Assembly (NCBI GenBank): GCA_030248215.1
Contig: JASANG010003930.1
Location: forward strand, 1-64,000
Reading direction: 5' to 3'
DNA: 64,000 nucleotides
Source: Enoplolaimus lenunculus
Lineage: Eukaryota
Position 1 is the first letter of the stretch. Each line of letters begins with the position of its first letter. Shown here one piece after another: positions 23,757 through 57,920 of this stretch. The notes below the pieces were generated by a model, which ran no database searches, was not told the origin of the DNA, and was given only the letters and a program-made list of their open reading frames with translations. Both the position numbers and the translations under genes were made by a program.

Positions 23757-24090
23757 CGGTCTCTAATTAGGTTTACAGACAGAAGGCGGCCAGACAAGTG
23801 GTCGTGCGACAGATGACTGCAGGACAAAAGTCCGTCTGGACAAAAGGCCGCCAGGACAGAAGGCCGTCTAGACAAAAGACTACCTGGACAAAAGGCCGTC
23901 TGTACGCTTGGGCAAAAGGCCGTCCGGAAAAAAGGGCGTCCGGACAAAAGACCGCCTGTGTAAAAGACAGTCAGAACAAAAGACCGCCTTGACTAAAGGC
24001 CGACCGGACAAATGACCGCCTGGATAAATAATCGTCAGGACAAAAGGCCGCCTACGCAAAAAAGATTAATTTTGCGTTAATCCGTTTTGT
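23757..24090 (+). repeat. ~17-bp minisatellite element (GGACAAAAGGCCGTC-like)
   Basis: About 16 diverged units ending in AAAAAAGATTAATTTTGCGTTAATCCG. Confidence 0.85.
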
Positions 24091-24749
24091 ATTTGTATTT
24101 TACTGTAACCAAAATCGGCTAATGTATTGCACATGGGCATCTCATTTTCCACGGGAGAAAACTTATGACCAAGAATGCAACGCACCCACTCCTGTATGAC
24201 GGCTATAGCAATTCTGCTAATTAGATAGGAAAAATCACAATCTAAGTTTGATTGGAAGAACTGCAAAAGTGAATATTTAAAAGTCTAGATAATCCTTGTT
24301 TCGGTAGGGCAAATCGGAAGTGTAAAGTTTGTTTAGAAAACAAAAAAATTGGAAAATTTAAGCGCATAGATTCCCAAGGTTCTTCTCTAAATCATTTAGA
24401 TTGTTGCCGCAGTTGTGATCAAAGTGAAATCTTATAAAAAACGTGCATGCGTCTTAAAACGAAATCCAGTACGACATAGGAATTTGAATCTTCCACTTTT
24501 CCCGTTTTCTGAACCTCGCGTACATCTTTAACTTTAGCTACCGAACAAGAAAATATTCAGGCGTTTGAATTTTCCACTTTTCCCAACAAAATAAATATGC
24601 TTGTGATTTTTCCTACCGAACCAGCGGAATTCCTATAGCCGGCATACAGCAGTGGCTGCGCTGCACTGCACTCCGGGAAGTCTTTGTTTGAAAGCCGATG
24701 GCTTAATTCAACGGCTAATCAGTAATCATCACTACTAATTTTTAACATT

Positions 24750-25100
24750 CAAAACGGATTGACGCAAAATTAATCTTTTTTTGCCCAGGTGGCCTTTTGT
24801 AACGGACGGCTTTTTGTCTAGGCGGTTATTTTTCCCGACGGCCTTTTGTCCAGGCGGTCTTTTGTCCAGACGGCCTTTTTCCGGGCGCCTATTGTTCGGA
24901 CGGCTTTTTGTCCATGTGGTCTGCGGTCTTTTGTCCATACGGCTTTTTGTCCTGGCGGCCTTATGTCTAGACGGTCTTTTGTCCGGCGGCCATCTGTCCA
25001 GCGCCCACTTGTCCAGTGATCTTTTGTCCGGACGGCCATTTGTCCGGACGGCCTTTTGTCCGAGCGGCGATTTGTCCAGGTCGCCTTTTGTCCGGACGGC
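24750..25100 (-). repeat. ~17-bp minisatellite element, inverted copy of 23757-24090
   Basis: Begins CGGATTGACGCAAAATTAATCTTTTTT (reverse complement of the first copy's end), followed by GACGGCCTTTTGTCC units. Confidence 0.85.
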
Positions 25101-25584
25101 AATGTACTTTCAAAACTTAAGTATGGTTTAAAGTTTTGAACTGAACTTTTTCGGTCTGTAGTCATTTATACTGTACAATTAGGGATAACTGACATTTATG
25201 GACTATAATTATGGTTTAGGGTCTTTATCCGGCTTACGGACCCTTACTAGATATAAGGATTCCTATTGATTGGTACTCAAAATCGGGACCCCCTCTTATT
25301 TTAGCCATCTTTCATTCAGGTTACGGCAATAATATGTGTCTCGAACAAAATCTTGCACTATCCAACAAACATCGAGCATATATTTTGCAGTTTATTTTAT
25401 GGAACGCTCTAATAAATAGTAATATCATAAATATACTATAATAAATTTCACACAATATTCTACACGGAAAGCTAAGGAAATGTTATAAAAGTTAACCAAA
25501 ATCAATAATAAAACGCTTCAGGAGTAGCAAAGCACAAATAGTTATGGCACATACCGTTTGAGCGGAACATATGGTCAATATAGA

Positions 25585-25726
25585 TGGGTACCGAATATCC
25601 GGATAAGAAAATTGTCTGGATATGTATATATCCGAAAATGAATAGATATTCGGATATATGGACCAATCGCAGCGCCGGTAAATAATTGCCGGATATCCGG
25701 ATATAAAAATATATCCCACGCCCGTC
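25585..25726. mobile_element. ATATCCGG-rich MITE fragment; related copy at ~50583-50670
   Basis: Both share AATAATTGCCGGATA.CCGGATAT.AAAA and repeated ATATCCG motifs. Confidence 0.55.
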
Positions 25727-26835
25727 AATAGTTATTTTAATCTCAACCCTGTCAAAGTTCACTAAGTGGAAAAATTTCTGTAATTCAAAATATGCCTAAA
25801 ACAATTGAAACTGACTTAACTGATCGAAGTTGTTTTATGCTCGTTATTCAATATTAATGTTAAAGTAGCTTTTATGTGACTCCAGGCCCGCAGCCAGCTC
25901 ACCTTTAATAGGGGGCTAAAAATTTCAAGATGGGTATACAAAGTTAAAAATTTTATAGTGGGTGCCAAAATTTTTAAGGGGTACTGAGCTCCTGCCCCTC
26001 ACTCTTTTAGCTACGTACCTGTGTAACTAAGCCTTTTAGATATTTGCAAATTTTTACCCATACATTTGTTTATATATATACATGTAATTTCAAAAATACA
26101 TTAAATATATGAAAGTACCAATGTTAGCTTGAAGGCCACAGACGCTAAGTACTGAACCTGCAATTTTAGCCAGTAGCACCTCTGGTTCAAAAGTTATGGC
26201 CTACGAAAGTTTAGTGCAACTGTTACTCGTCTGATATACTTTTATCTATATGTTCTACAAATTTCTAAAGTATATTGAGCTAAATAACTTTCATTGGCAG
26301 TGCAAATTGGATGATAGTTGATAATATACGTGTTCAATATTAAAAAAAACTAAAAGGCACGTAACTTTTCAACCAATCGCTCTGCATCCGTAAAAGTAGT
26401 ACTTACCATTGGACTCAGCAGCGCTTCAAGATCTATGACGTAGATTGTGTTTTGTTCAACTAGGCGGGTCCATATTATTAGTACCCTCGTCGAGGTTTGT
26501 GAAGCCTCGGAAATTTCAACAGCCTACAAGTTAACACGATTCCAGTATAAGTATTAAACCAAAACTACAGGGCGAATAAGTAAAAATTGCGCAACAAGCA
26601 TGGTATAAAATTTGATTATACAAATATAAATTCAACGTTTAACTATGTGTGACATTAATAATGGAATGAAGCGTTTACGGTTGCCATATGTATTTTCCAA
26701 TTTATAGTGACAGAAGATTGCTTAATTTACATGATATGCAATGTGGTTGCAAAAATTTGAACTATCGTGCTGCATGTAAAAAGCTGAATTGTGTCAAAGC
26801 GGATTATGAACCAAAATTTAACTTGGATTTCATAA

Positions 26836-27115
26836 AGCCCTATTCATATATACGTTCATGTTTTTGCTGCGCGAACTTGCAGCTGCAACTTGCACTTGCA
26901 AGTTATTGTCCAAAATCCAGTTCGAAAAAACTTGCAGCGGCAAATAATTCATTAAAATTCATAGCTAGGAATTTAGTTCACATGTGTGAATACCCATGCA
27001 AGCTCACTTAATTTATTGCAGCCGCTTTCTCATTGGCAGATAAAAAATCCATGTTCTGCGTGCAAGTTGCAGCTGTAAGTTCTCGCAGCAAAAGCTTGCA
27101 CGTGTGAATAGGGCT
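26836..27115. mobile_element. PIF/Harbinger-like MITE with TAA target duplication
   Basis: TAA|AGCCCTATTCA ... TGAATAGGGCT|TAA, with long imperfect inverted arms. Confidence 0.8.
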
Positions 27116-28986
27116 TAATTAAAATTTTTTCAATTTCTTTATATAGTAAAAAGCACAATTGTTTTTGCTAGTATGTAAGGCAAACTTGAGAAATTGCTGG
27201 TCATGTCGACTTCTAGGTTGTATGTTTATCCGGTTAGTTGGTTAACGCTCCTAATGAGTAGATCTTAAAAGTAGCATCTTCTGTATGATACGATGGGTCA
27301 ATGGAATGTGAATATTCAAAAACTTGACAGGTGTTTTTCTATTTTGGTATGACAAAATGTACTAAACTTCCAACAGAATATGATTATTCATGTAAACATT
27401 TCTTAAAATTAATCTTAATATCGAATAGCCCAACAAACTGTAATTAGGCGATATTTGTCATCGAAAACAACCGAAAACTACCCTAACTCTATCATTTTTT
27501 GCCAAAATTAAATTGCAGTCATGCAACTCTATCAGAAATTCTGCTTATACTGCAAACGTACGAGAATAGCATGGCCCCAAAACGAAACCCCGTACAAGAT
27601 ATATCAAAAAAGTATACTTCAAACATATGTAGCAAAGGTTAAAGAATGCATAGGATGGGAATATAATTTATATCTGTAAATATCTACATGCTATTTATCT
27701 ACAGCAAATAATTATATAATTATATATTAATTATAAAAGCTAAACAATTACTCAGCGCAATTTTACTTGAACGCTTACGAATCTTATTCCCTGCATCCAT
27801 AGGAGCAGAAACGGATGCAAAAACAGGGAGGCGAATTGTACTTAAAACAAGCCAATGCAAAAATTTAATTGCTAATTTTTGAATTTTCAACTAAATAAAG
27901 TCAATTTAAAAACTCTGCTCCGAGCATCCATGTTACCAAAATACCTTATCGTTGTTAAGTAGTTCAATATAAAAGTCGCAACGCAAGTTTGCACAAAAGC
28001 GCACTAGAACAACAGAATGCGTTTCTAGTTTGCGATACGCAATAATTTATGCAAACAAAACCTATTCTGTTTTTCTAATTCATAGGCTTACGCCGCCGCA
28101 TCGTTCGAAGTTGCAAGCAACATTTATGCAGTGTATGAATTAGTTTTGTCCAATATTAAGATATAATAAACGATACATCAACTTTTTTCCCGGAGGCCAG
28201 ATGAATACAAATTGTGAACACGGCAGAGTTCGTTTGATCGGCAAAAACAAGGCACAGTAAAATGAGAAGAAAGCCGAATACAGAGAGCAGTAGTGGTTCC
28301 AGAAATGTCTGTATTTTTTCGGATTTTTGGCACCTTGGCACGTTTGTGGAAGGAGATATCAAAATACATTTCAATAATGCAACATCTCTGGCTCACAAGT
28401 CCACTCCAATAAATAATTCGACAAATATAATTAAATATCAAGTTTTTTACATAATAAATACGCTTTGATAATATATATTAAAAATGTGAAATAAAAGGAA
28501 AACTAATCATCGCGAATGTTATGATCCGACCGGGCAGAGTGAAACGTTATGTAAGTAACACCAAAATGACATTGCACAACAAAGTAAACATGAATATATA
28601 TTGAATACGACATCAGCATGGTTTTTGTTTTAGACACAAAAGATTTACGCGGGTCCTTAGCGAAGCGGGGGGCCAAAGGCAGAACTCAGACCCCCATGGA
28701 AAAATTTTGGTCCCCCTAGAGAATTTTCAACCTTGCTTGTAAAAACTCATTGAAAATTTTGTAGCCCCCCGTAGCAACGTGAGCTGTCTACGGACCTGGA
28801 TTCACGGACAAATAAAGGAAGACTATCTTCACCCGACCCTAAATCGAAGCCCCGATAAGACGTTACAACATTTGGCAAAGCCTATCTGACTGCGTAATAG
28901 CCGAGCTGACACTCAAACGCAACAACGGTAACGTAGAATTGCTATCAGTTACGGAAACTGTCTCAAAGTTGACTTGAAAAAATACC

Positions 28987-49191
<20,205 letters not shown>

Positions 49192-51539
49192 CTACAAAGT
49201 TAAAAATTTTGAAGTTTGGTATTTCGTGAACGAATTATGTTTAGCTATCGCTAACGTTTGCAAATGCAAGCCTGCACGTAACAGTTTGCTGAATTAGCAT
49301 TGAAATGGAATATAAGCATTATGCACGAATTTGTAAGTACAAAACAGTACAAAGGCAAGTAGTGATTTGTGTGTACGCAAATGGCACCAAACCAACAATA
49401 GGCGAAGAGTTAAATAATATAATTTGATACAAGTGAGCTTTTATTGGAGTTAGTTTTTTTTTGCAATCCAACGGGGCTAAAACCCTGAACTGAACGAAGG
49501 AAAACAGTTTGAAAATTGTGTCAGCGTCAACGTTGAGTTGGAATGAAATTGAATTTGCATCGGGAAATCGATGTAAGTTTAAACCGGTAACCGTGGAATA
49601 ACTGCGATAGTAAAACCGCAAATGTGTTATTGCAAAACGTTCAGTGTGGATGTAGAGTTTATTGCATCCTATCGCCGCTGTAGTATTGTGTTCTCAAATT
49701 CTTAAACGATATCTTGGTTGAAACCCGGAAAGTTCGACCCTGTTGCAAATTATTTTGCAGTGACGAGATGACAGTTGGCTGATGTTTATACGCATTATAA
49801 AATATTGCACAATGTCTTTTATAATTTTATTTTAAAGATAATAAGGCTTGATGAACGGTGATAACTTAAAATATTGATAAAACTATTATTGTATTCGCTA
49901 TCGCCAGAGTGTAAACGGATAGTAAGTATAACGCAGGTTCAAATGACAGAAAGCTGATACGGACCGCTCGAGATCTAGTGGAAGCTTTCGCAAGTGCAGC
50001 GAGCCAGGAGCCAAACACCATTTTAGTGCTAACATTTTAAATACAAAATCTTGGTTCCCCCAATGTATGCCGGAGTGGGAGGAACAAGGGGATACATTCT
50101 ATCCTAAACTTCTGAAAAGACCAAGGAAACACATGTTTATTGTTTACAGATTCTAAATTCAACGGCGTTTTACTATAGCTACAAGAAGGTTATACATAGG
50201 AATGTACTTTCAAAACTTAAGTACGCTTTAAAGTTCCGAACTCGAATTATTTGGCCTGGAAGTAATTCAAAATTTATTAGTAAAGAAGGTGCTCTCAACC
50301 AATCATCCAACGCAAGAAATGGTGCAATTCAACTCAGCACTTTGTTATTAGGTACAGAGTAATATACATTAGGACATAAAAAATTATAAATTTCTAAACT
50401 CTTGAAACTACATTTTTGTCCCGCAGTAGTCCTCACAGGATCACAAAAAGTAAAAGTATATAATGAAGTCATAAAAAGTTAAACTTCAGGGGAGATTTTT
50501 CGAGGAACCAAATCGGCATTATGGTCCTATATACTAAGACTAGAACGGGTAACCAAGACGTATTCCTAAGGTTAAGCCACCTCAGTGTAATAACCGGATA
50601 TATCGGGATAAATATTCGGCAATAATTGCCGGATACCCGGATATGAAAAACTATTTGATGCCCATCACTTGGAGCCCCCGTCACTATTCGGTTCTCGACT
50701 GTTTTTTTATTTTTCAATCCGGCTCCAGCTGTTTGAACCACACCCGTTTTAACTTGTACCAGTCATTAAAGTTCGTTACTTTACAAATATACATAAGACT
50801 TGAGTATGCTGGTAAGAATACAGATAACATTAATATAGTTGCATAATGAATCAAATTTTGCATTGACCTTATTTGATCCAGGAAGTGTATAAATCCGCAA
50901 TCTAGAGGAATCGTCGTTTATCTACTATCCATTCACAGTCTCTCATTTAGAAAATAAACCCATACTGATTCCCACTCACAATATGGACTCCGAATACTTA
51001 TTACCACCCCTCTTATTTGCGTCAGTACAGTACTTGAAAGTACAGGTTACCTTTGATCAACTGCATTAATATTTGTGTTCTGATAATGCTCCGGTTCGCC
51101 GTAACACTTTGTTAGTATAAATTTTAAAAATTTTGTTTGAACCGGTATACACATTAATATGGATTTCAATAATTCCTATTGCTACGTAGATGCTTGCATT
51201 GAATCAGTTTTGGTAATGACGGAGCGCCTCATAGAATCTGTACAAATAGCAACGAGTTGAAATACAATGGCAAATTTTAGCAACAAATGTGTTTTGCAAG
51301 AAATTTTATTTCTTAGGTGTATAACAACTCTGTAGTATGTGTGCAGTATTTTTACCATCATGTTTTATCAAATGTTGATTTTTACTAAATAATAATTTGA
51401 TTTTCTTTATGTCATTTTTGCAATAGACAGATCATCCGTCAACGTTTTTGCGCTTGCAGAAACATTCGTACATGATTTTCAATTTTTCTGTTTTATTCGT
51501 TTTCCAGAAAAAACCAACACTGATAAAATCTCCTAAATA

Positions 51540-51690
51540 AGCGAGAGCACCCTTGGGCTCGAGAGTCACGCTCCTAAATAGCTGAATGGTGATGACAAAC
51601 CCCTCCTACCACCAGTCTACAAGAATTGAATTCTAGCATAAAAGTGGGTTCGAGTGAAATAGAACAAAATTGTGTGAGAAAGGATTAAAC
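51540..51690 (+). mobile_element. Diverged partial copy of the tRNA-cassette piggyBac-like MITE
   Basis: GGGCTCGAGAGTCA.GCTCCTA..TAGCTGAATGGTGATG...CTAGCATAAAAGT...TGTGAGAAAGGA|TTAA matches the units at 33638-34524. Confidence 0.7.
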
Positions 51691-54600
51691 CGTTTTTAAA
51701 AGAGTGCTACGTTAACTAAATGATTAAGTCACTGACAAAATGTGTTGCTTTACAGACTGATTGTTCAGGAATATTAACTTTGTTCAAATTGAAATTGTAG
51801 GATCATTGTGCATCCTTTATATAGCGCAATGAGGACGATTCATTTTTTCCGGAAAAACCAGCCCTCAGTATAATTGAGTATGCAAATAATTTACCGGGAT
51901 TTTTAAAAATTTAAACAAAAAATAGCGTATACTCCCAAATTTTTTGACTAATCAAAAAATAGACCAATCTATATGGTACTTCCAACAAATTGAGAGCATA
52001 AAAATGACGCAATTGCCTGTATTCCGTTACACTTCGTGTATCGTGCAGCAATTCCGAGAGTATCTAAAGAATCGAAAAAATTGATTGTCAATACATTTTT
52101 TGAAACGGTTCCGGACATTACTACATGACTCGCAAAGCCGAATAAGTTGCAACCTAAAATTAAACATATCGGAAAATCACACCTATACATGAATTATTAG
52201 TTAACTGTCAACCGACATAGCTGAACCACAAAAAACAGTCTCGTTTTTATGCATTCTACACTTAACCTCATCAATGTTTGCTGTTTAGCGATTCTTACAT
52301 CGTAAGAAACTCAGACGCATTTAGTTGCATTTGAGAGACTGAGAAACAGAGATTGAAAGCTACAACGTTAATGCATAGCGCTAATGCATTACGTTTAGGG
52401 ACCACTTGTTGAAAAATTTTAAATTTCAAGTATCTTCAACAACGGAGTAACAACAAAGACATATAAGAAAGTCATTTTTTTTCGCATTATATGCGCACAT
52501 AACTTAATTGCGGCACTCTGTTGTTAACAACAAAATTCGGTTCGAATTTCGAGAAGAGAAATAAAAAATAGTCCATGTGCTCAGTTGCAAAAACTCATTA
52601 TTAAGATTACTCTAATTCAGCATTAATAGTTTTGTTAATTTTGCACGGTGTAAACTTGTAAAATTAAGATTTAGGCTTAAGCTTACGACCAAAATCAAAC
52701 TAAGCATAGGCGAGAGCCGGTGTTAAAACGACTAAAATCTTGGTGCTTTGGGAATAGTAAAACCCCGTTAACGATTATTAAATCCTACAAAAATAAAATC
52801 GGGCTGGAAATTACCGCAGTCCTCGGGCTTCGTTCCCTCTGGGTTCTGTTCGAAACTAAAACTTGACTTGTTTAATTCCTGCCGTCCTGCCGTGCAGATC
52901 TAATGACGAAATGACTCACTATTCTAAGTAATTAATCTGCAAACGCGGTGTCAATTCCTGGTGATTGACATAATGTAATCGACATTTCAATTGTACAATT
53001 TCAACACTTAATTTGAAACATGCTGTAAAATATTATTTGAAAATAAATAAAAAAGCAATAATCACAATTCAGATTTTAAGTAAAAAAAGTAAACTTTAAA
53101 GCTAACCCAGCAGTTTATTTGTAAGAATGAAACCACTTTAATATTGGACAGCAACTCTTCAGAGTAGATTAATAATTGCGCACAACACACACAACAGCTG
53201 CTCTCGCTCGCTACGCGCAGTATGGAAAAGAACAGCCCAGACTATTAAAAACAATTGCACATTCAACTTTGCGTCTTGATAAATAGTTTTGTCAAAATAT
53301 GCTAAAGTAACGCAAAATTATATTTTTTACACTTAAGATTGCACCATTTAACAGAAAACACATTCATTAAAACTACTGTTCAACATCTACAGGTAATGAA
53401 TGGTTATCTGTGATATGTAGGGGCTAACATCGAGAGAGTAAATTTAGTAACCAGGAACTGCCGATATCTAACTCTATTACACTTTCCAATATTTAGGTTT
53501 AAGTCTAGGTTTAGGTTTAGAAAAATTCTTACCTATGTCTAAACGTTTACCTAAGCCTTTGTCTATGCTTACTAAATTACGTGCGGTAATGAGCAATATT
53601 GAAACAATTTGCTGCGTTGAACAGTTCGTTTGTGCAAACAGCAATATTTCGCAATAGGCACGTCATCTAAACTGTGCGTAACCTTTTTATGTGGCTGAAA
53701 CAGATTTTACGTCCGGGGCCCACGCCACCGTTATAAACCTAGAGTGGTGGGTTTTATGACTCAGCGTAACTCGCTGTTTGCATATTTGATCTCCGCACCC
53801 CAATTGGTGTTTCTGTATTCTAAACAAACACGCAAACGTCAGTACAGAATTGGTAACGGCCTGATTTTTTTCTGGCACGGCACCGTCTCTGGCTCATCAA
53901 GTTGCTTATAATTAATTAATACAAAGCTTTTGTTTTGGTTCGTCTCTGTCCGGTAAGTGATTCAGTTACTGTTCCCCGCCCGAGCGCATAAATTATAGTC
54001 AACCAAGAGCCAAAACAAAAGGAAGAATTACGAACGAAACCTCGCGAGCGAAGCAGGCTAAAAACCAGACACTTTCTTAGATTGAAAGTATCAAATCTCA
54101 GACCAAAAACAATTAAGTTTCGGACGCTGTGCTTTGGTATGTCAAAACTTTTGTCTTAATAGCGCAACTGGGAGTACAAACATAAGGGATACATTGATGG
54201 AATTAGCAACTTTTTTGTTTATTCGTTTCGCAATGTAATAGTTTTGTCCAACGCAGCCGGTAAATCAATTTGTTGTTGCCCTCGCATTACGGTTAGTTAC
54301 GCTTAATAATAGCGCCGCAGGCGAAATTTACCATCGGAAAACATTACAATCTAGAAATCTGGACGAAGTGGCTTGAAGGGACCATGCCATTTACATTTCC
54401 TCCATTTCTGAATCCACTCAAGTTCGTATATACTTCTTCGTATAGAAACATAGCTATGCTCTTTAGGTCTTATAGATGACTTGCGAAAGCGTTTCTCCAC
54501 TTAGTGGTTTTCATTTAAAATACTGCACTTATCTCACGCTCCTTCAATAACCCAAGGATTAAAAATTTGAACGATGTTCGGGTCCAGGTCTGACTATGCC

Positions 54601-57600
54601 CGTCAGGACCGGTCCACAAGACACATGGGCCCACGCACGGTTTGGACTATAACGGGTCTTGGTCTGGACATGTGATTCCTAGATTACGCACATTGTTAGA
54701 ATTATAAATCGCGTGAAAATAAAATCAGTAAAAATAGATTACCTACTGTTAACGAATTCGTGGCTTATAGCTACACATTCTGTGAGCGCAGCCGTAACTA
54801 GCTCAGCAGAAGGGCCCTACCTACCCCAAGCAAAGTATTGGCCTCCCCTGAAAAAGAGGCAGAATTGTTATAAATGTACTAAACCTAGTACTGCAAATAT
54901 GCAAAAATATATTATATGTAAAACCCTTACCATTTTTTCACCAAAATTTTTGTGACCTGAGATCTCTGGAGCTATCGTTGTGGTTTCTTTGTTGTAGCAG
55001 AAAATGAATAATTCCAGTTTGGACAGTTTTTAGAGCTCTCAGAAGACACAAACTATGACACCAGAATTTTTCAGTTGAAACTTTGACAAAACGATTTCCA
55101 ATTACAAGAAAACTACGCGAAAAATAGAACCGAAATAATCGAGCGACAATAGAATTCACTTCCGGAAATGCTGCATTCGTTAGTGTAAGCAGTTTTTACT
55201 GTCATTGATCATTTTTTACACTTTAAAGTTCGCCTTTATATTTAACTTAGTATCACACACAACACATCGCTGAATATAAAAGATGAACCAAGTAGTCAAT
55301 GAAATATCAAACATTCAGTCGTTTTTATCTCACGATTCAAAATGATAGATTTGTTGAGCACTACTTTTACACCGGTCGCTTTCAATTTGAACCTGCACAT
55401 CAAAGAACGCCAAAGAACAGTTGCGATTTTTGGTCGAAGCAAAAGATTTATTTTACAAAAACAATACGCTCACACAGCCACCACCACTAACAACAACAAA
55501 AACAACAACAACCGTATAATATCACCCCCATCAGCCCGGTTGCGTACAACGAAAAACGTCAATAAGAGTGCAAAATTCGACTGTGTCCCTTTCCACAGAC
55601 TGAACCAACTTAAAAATTATTTCCTCAATGCTGCGAACCCGACCATGGGCATTGGCTGGATTCTGGTTCGAAGGCCTGAGCAACAATTACTTAATATTCC
55701 GTTTTGTTTTAAATTAGTTTGTCGTAACTTCACCGAGAATTTAGTTATTAACAGATGTAAATTTGTCAAAGTCATTACATGATACCATGGCGCCCTAGCC
55801 CCCTCGCTGGCTGCGGCCCTGAATGCAAGACAATATGAGATAGGTTGCCAAATGTTATTTTTCTGGCACAATCGTTGCTTGAGACAAAATGCCGGGTGCT
55901 AAGCTGCCCACGTTTCGGTGCGTTTAATCGCTCGAAGACAACTTTGGGCAAAATTTTTGCGGCACCACATTCACACCGATTTCAAATAAATGTTATAAAA
56001 TGCTATGAAAACTTTTATTTAAAGCGTCAGTTGGTTCGTTAGATTAGTAATAATTAATCATTTTGTATATGTCGTTGATGGCATTACATTTTTTAAGTCT
56101 TTCTTTTGGACGCTACAGCTCGCGCTCGCTCTCTCTCGCGGGTAAAAGTTGAAGGTTGTTTTGAAAGTTTGGTATAAAACAAATGCCCGTATATATAATA
56201 GTCTACCCCTTGTCTGACTGCTGTTGCCCGATTTGGATCTAGCGGGCTGATCATTCAGTGCTCGTAAACAACCCTTTGCATTACGTAAAAAAATTTTGTC
56301 AAATATAATATTGAAAAATGTTTCAAGTCCGCCAAAATCAGTTTTGTTTACCTTTGCCTCAGAGTAACCTGTGAACCCCTGTTAATTTTTTTCTGGCTGG
56401 CCCAAGATTCCGCATGTTGTTTTACATGCCGGCATGAAGTGTTTAAAAAAACAAGCTAAAAATTTGCGATATAAAAAATAATTTGCGGAGAGCAGCATTT
56501 AAAAGACTTTTTTAGAGGTTTTTTTCGTTCAAAAACCAGCCCAGAAAAGTTTATGTTGCATTCATTAACAACTCTGGCTTATATTGATTGGTGCCAGTTC
56601 CGCACTACAATGACAATCTGGCGGATAAGCTATTTGTGTGTGGGGTAAACTGGAACTTCTTACGCTGCTCAATTGCAACATTTGTTTAAAACTCGTCTGT
56701 CAAACGCCGCAAGCTGTGTCAGTTATCAAATACAATTAGTCTCGCGCTAAAACCAAGACAAAAAATCCAAAAATTTTTGACAATGTTGCGGATCAAGGTG
56801 AACTGTGTAATAATTACGATTCACTAAACCAAAATCCATTTTAAGAGAAATACAATTTCGTTGCTACAATGCGTCAAAAACACAGTTAAATGCTTCATTA
56901 GAAATTTTAGCTGTTTCAACAAAAGAATTATTATACCAAACGGGGGACAGTGACACTTGAATTCCTTTTGGCTACGCTCCTCTATTAACTGTGTATAACT
57001 AAAATTATAGTTAAGAACGCGTGTTTTGATCGCTTGTTCTTGGTTGACCTATATTTCGCAACGACGTTATTTCTTGTTGAAGCACTGAGTCTAAAATGAT
57101 TGATATAGCTTCTAGAAGCGTAACCATTATAATATATACCATTGTAAAATGGTTGAATTATTAAAATTTGTTTATTGGCCGGCCAGTGGCCAATGACCGG
57201 AAGGCTGGCTGTCGACCGGTAGAAAAAATGGTATTTGCAAGCCACAAATAGGCAAAAAATTCCGGTTACATTATGCATTATAGGATGTTAAAAATTAAAA
57301 CTTCGCTTCATAATAACGAGAGTATGCGAGTCACGAAATAAAGCTTAAAACATTGCTTGTTCATTACTAAGGATAGGCAATCAAAATCAACCTAAACGTT
57401 TTTTAAGACCTTTGACAGTACACCCACCAATGTAAAATGGATCCCTGCTGATGACAAGGACAGCGTTTGCTTGCTGTCTCTCTGTAGCGATGTTTATTTT
57501 ATTCACACCGCAAGCATTTAAAACTTGCAAATCTGAATTTCTTTGACAAAATTTCTTCAGTTCTTCTATTAAATGCAGCTGTCAAGAGTACAATATAAGC

Positions 57601-57789
57601 AACGACTAAGCTTATTATCAAAAGCTTCTTTATTGTCGTATATTTTTTTGAAGAATTTGAAGATGAAAACCTGAAATGTTTTTACATACACTAATGGCTG
57701 CTTGACAAATAAAGATGGACTTGTTGATACCATACAAACTTTGCTTTAGTATAACAGTATCAGCATGCGCTTGATAATATTGTTCTCTT

Positions 57790-57920
57790 TGGGTTGCGCT
57801 ATAGTTATTGTACGGCGCCGTACGTCGCCGGACGGGCACCGTCCATTTGCGTGCGATACCGTACCGTGACGGACGGAGCTGGATGGCATTAAAATAATTA
57901 AAAAGTATTGCGCAACCCTT
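57790..57920. mobile_element. Short TIR element, same family as 16644-16804
   Basis: GGGTTGCGC...GCGCAACCC ends; shared internal sequence. Confidence 0.6.

Noticed and set aside
23753..25165. ORFs with repeated RRPF/KAVWTK peptides
   Set aside because: Translations of the 17-bp minisatellite.
28156..28468. Overlapping short ORFs downstream of the large gene
   Set aside because: No recognisable motif and no phase-consistent splice link; probably 3' UTR or intergenic.
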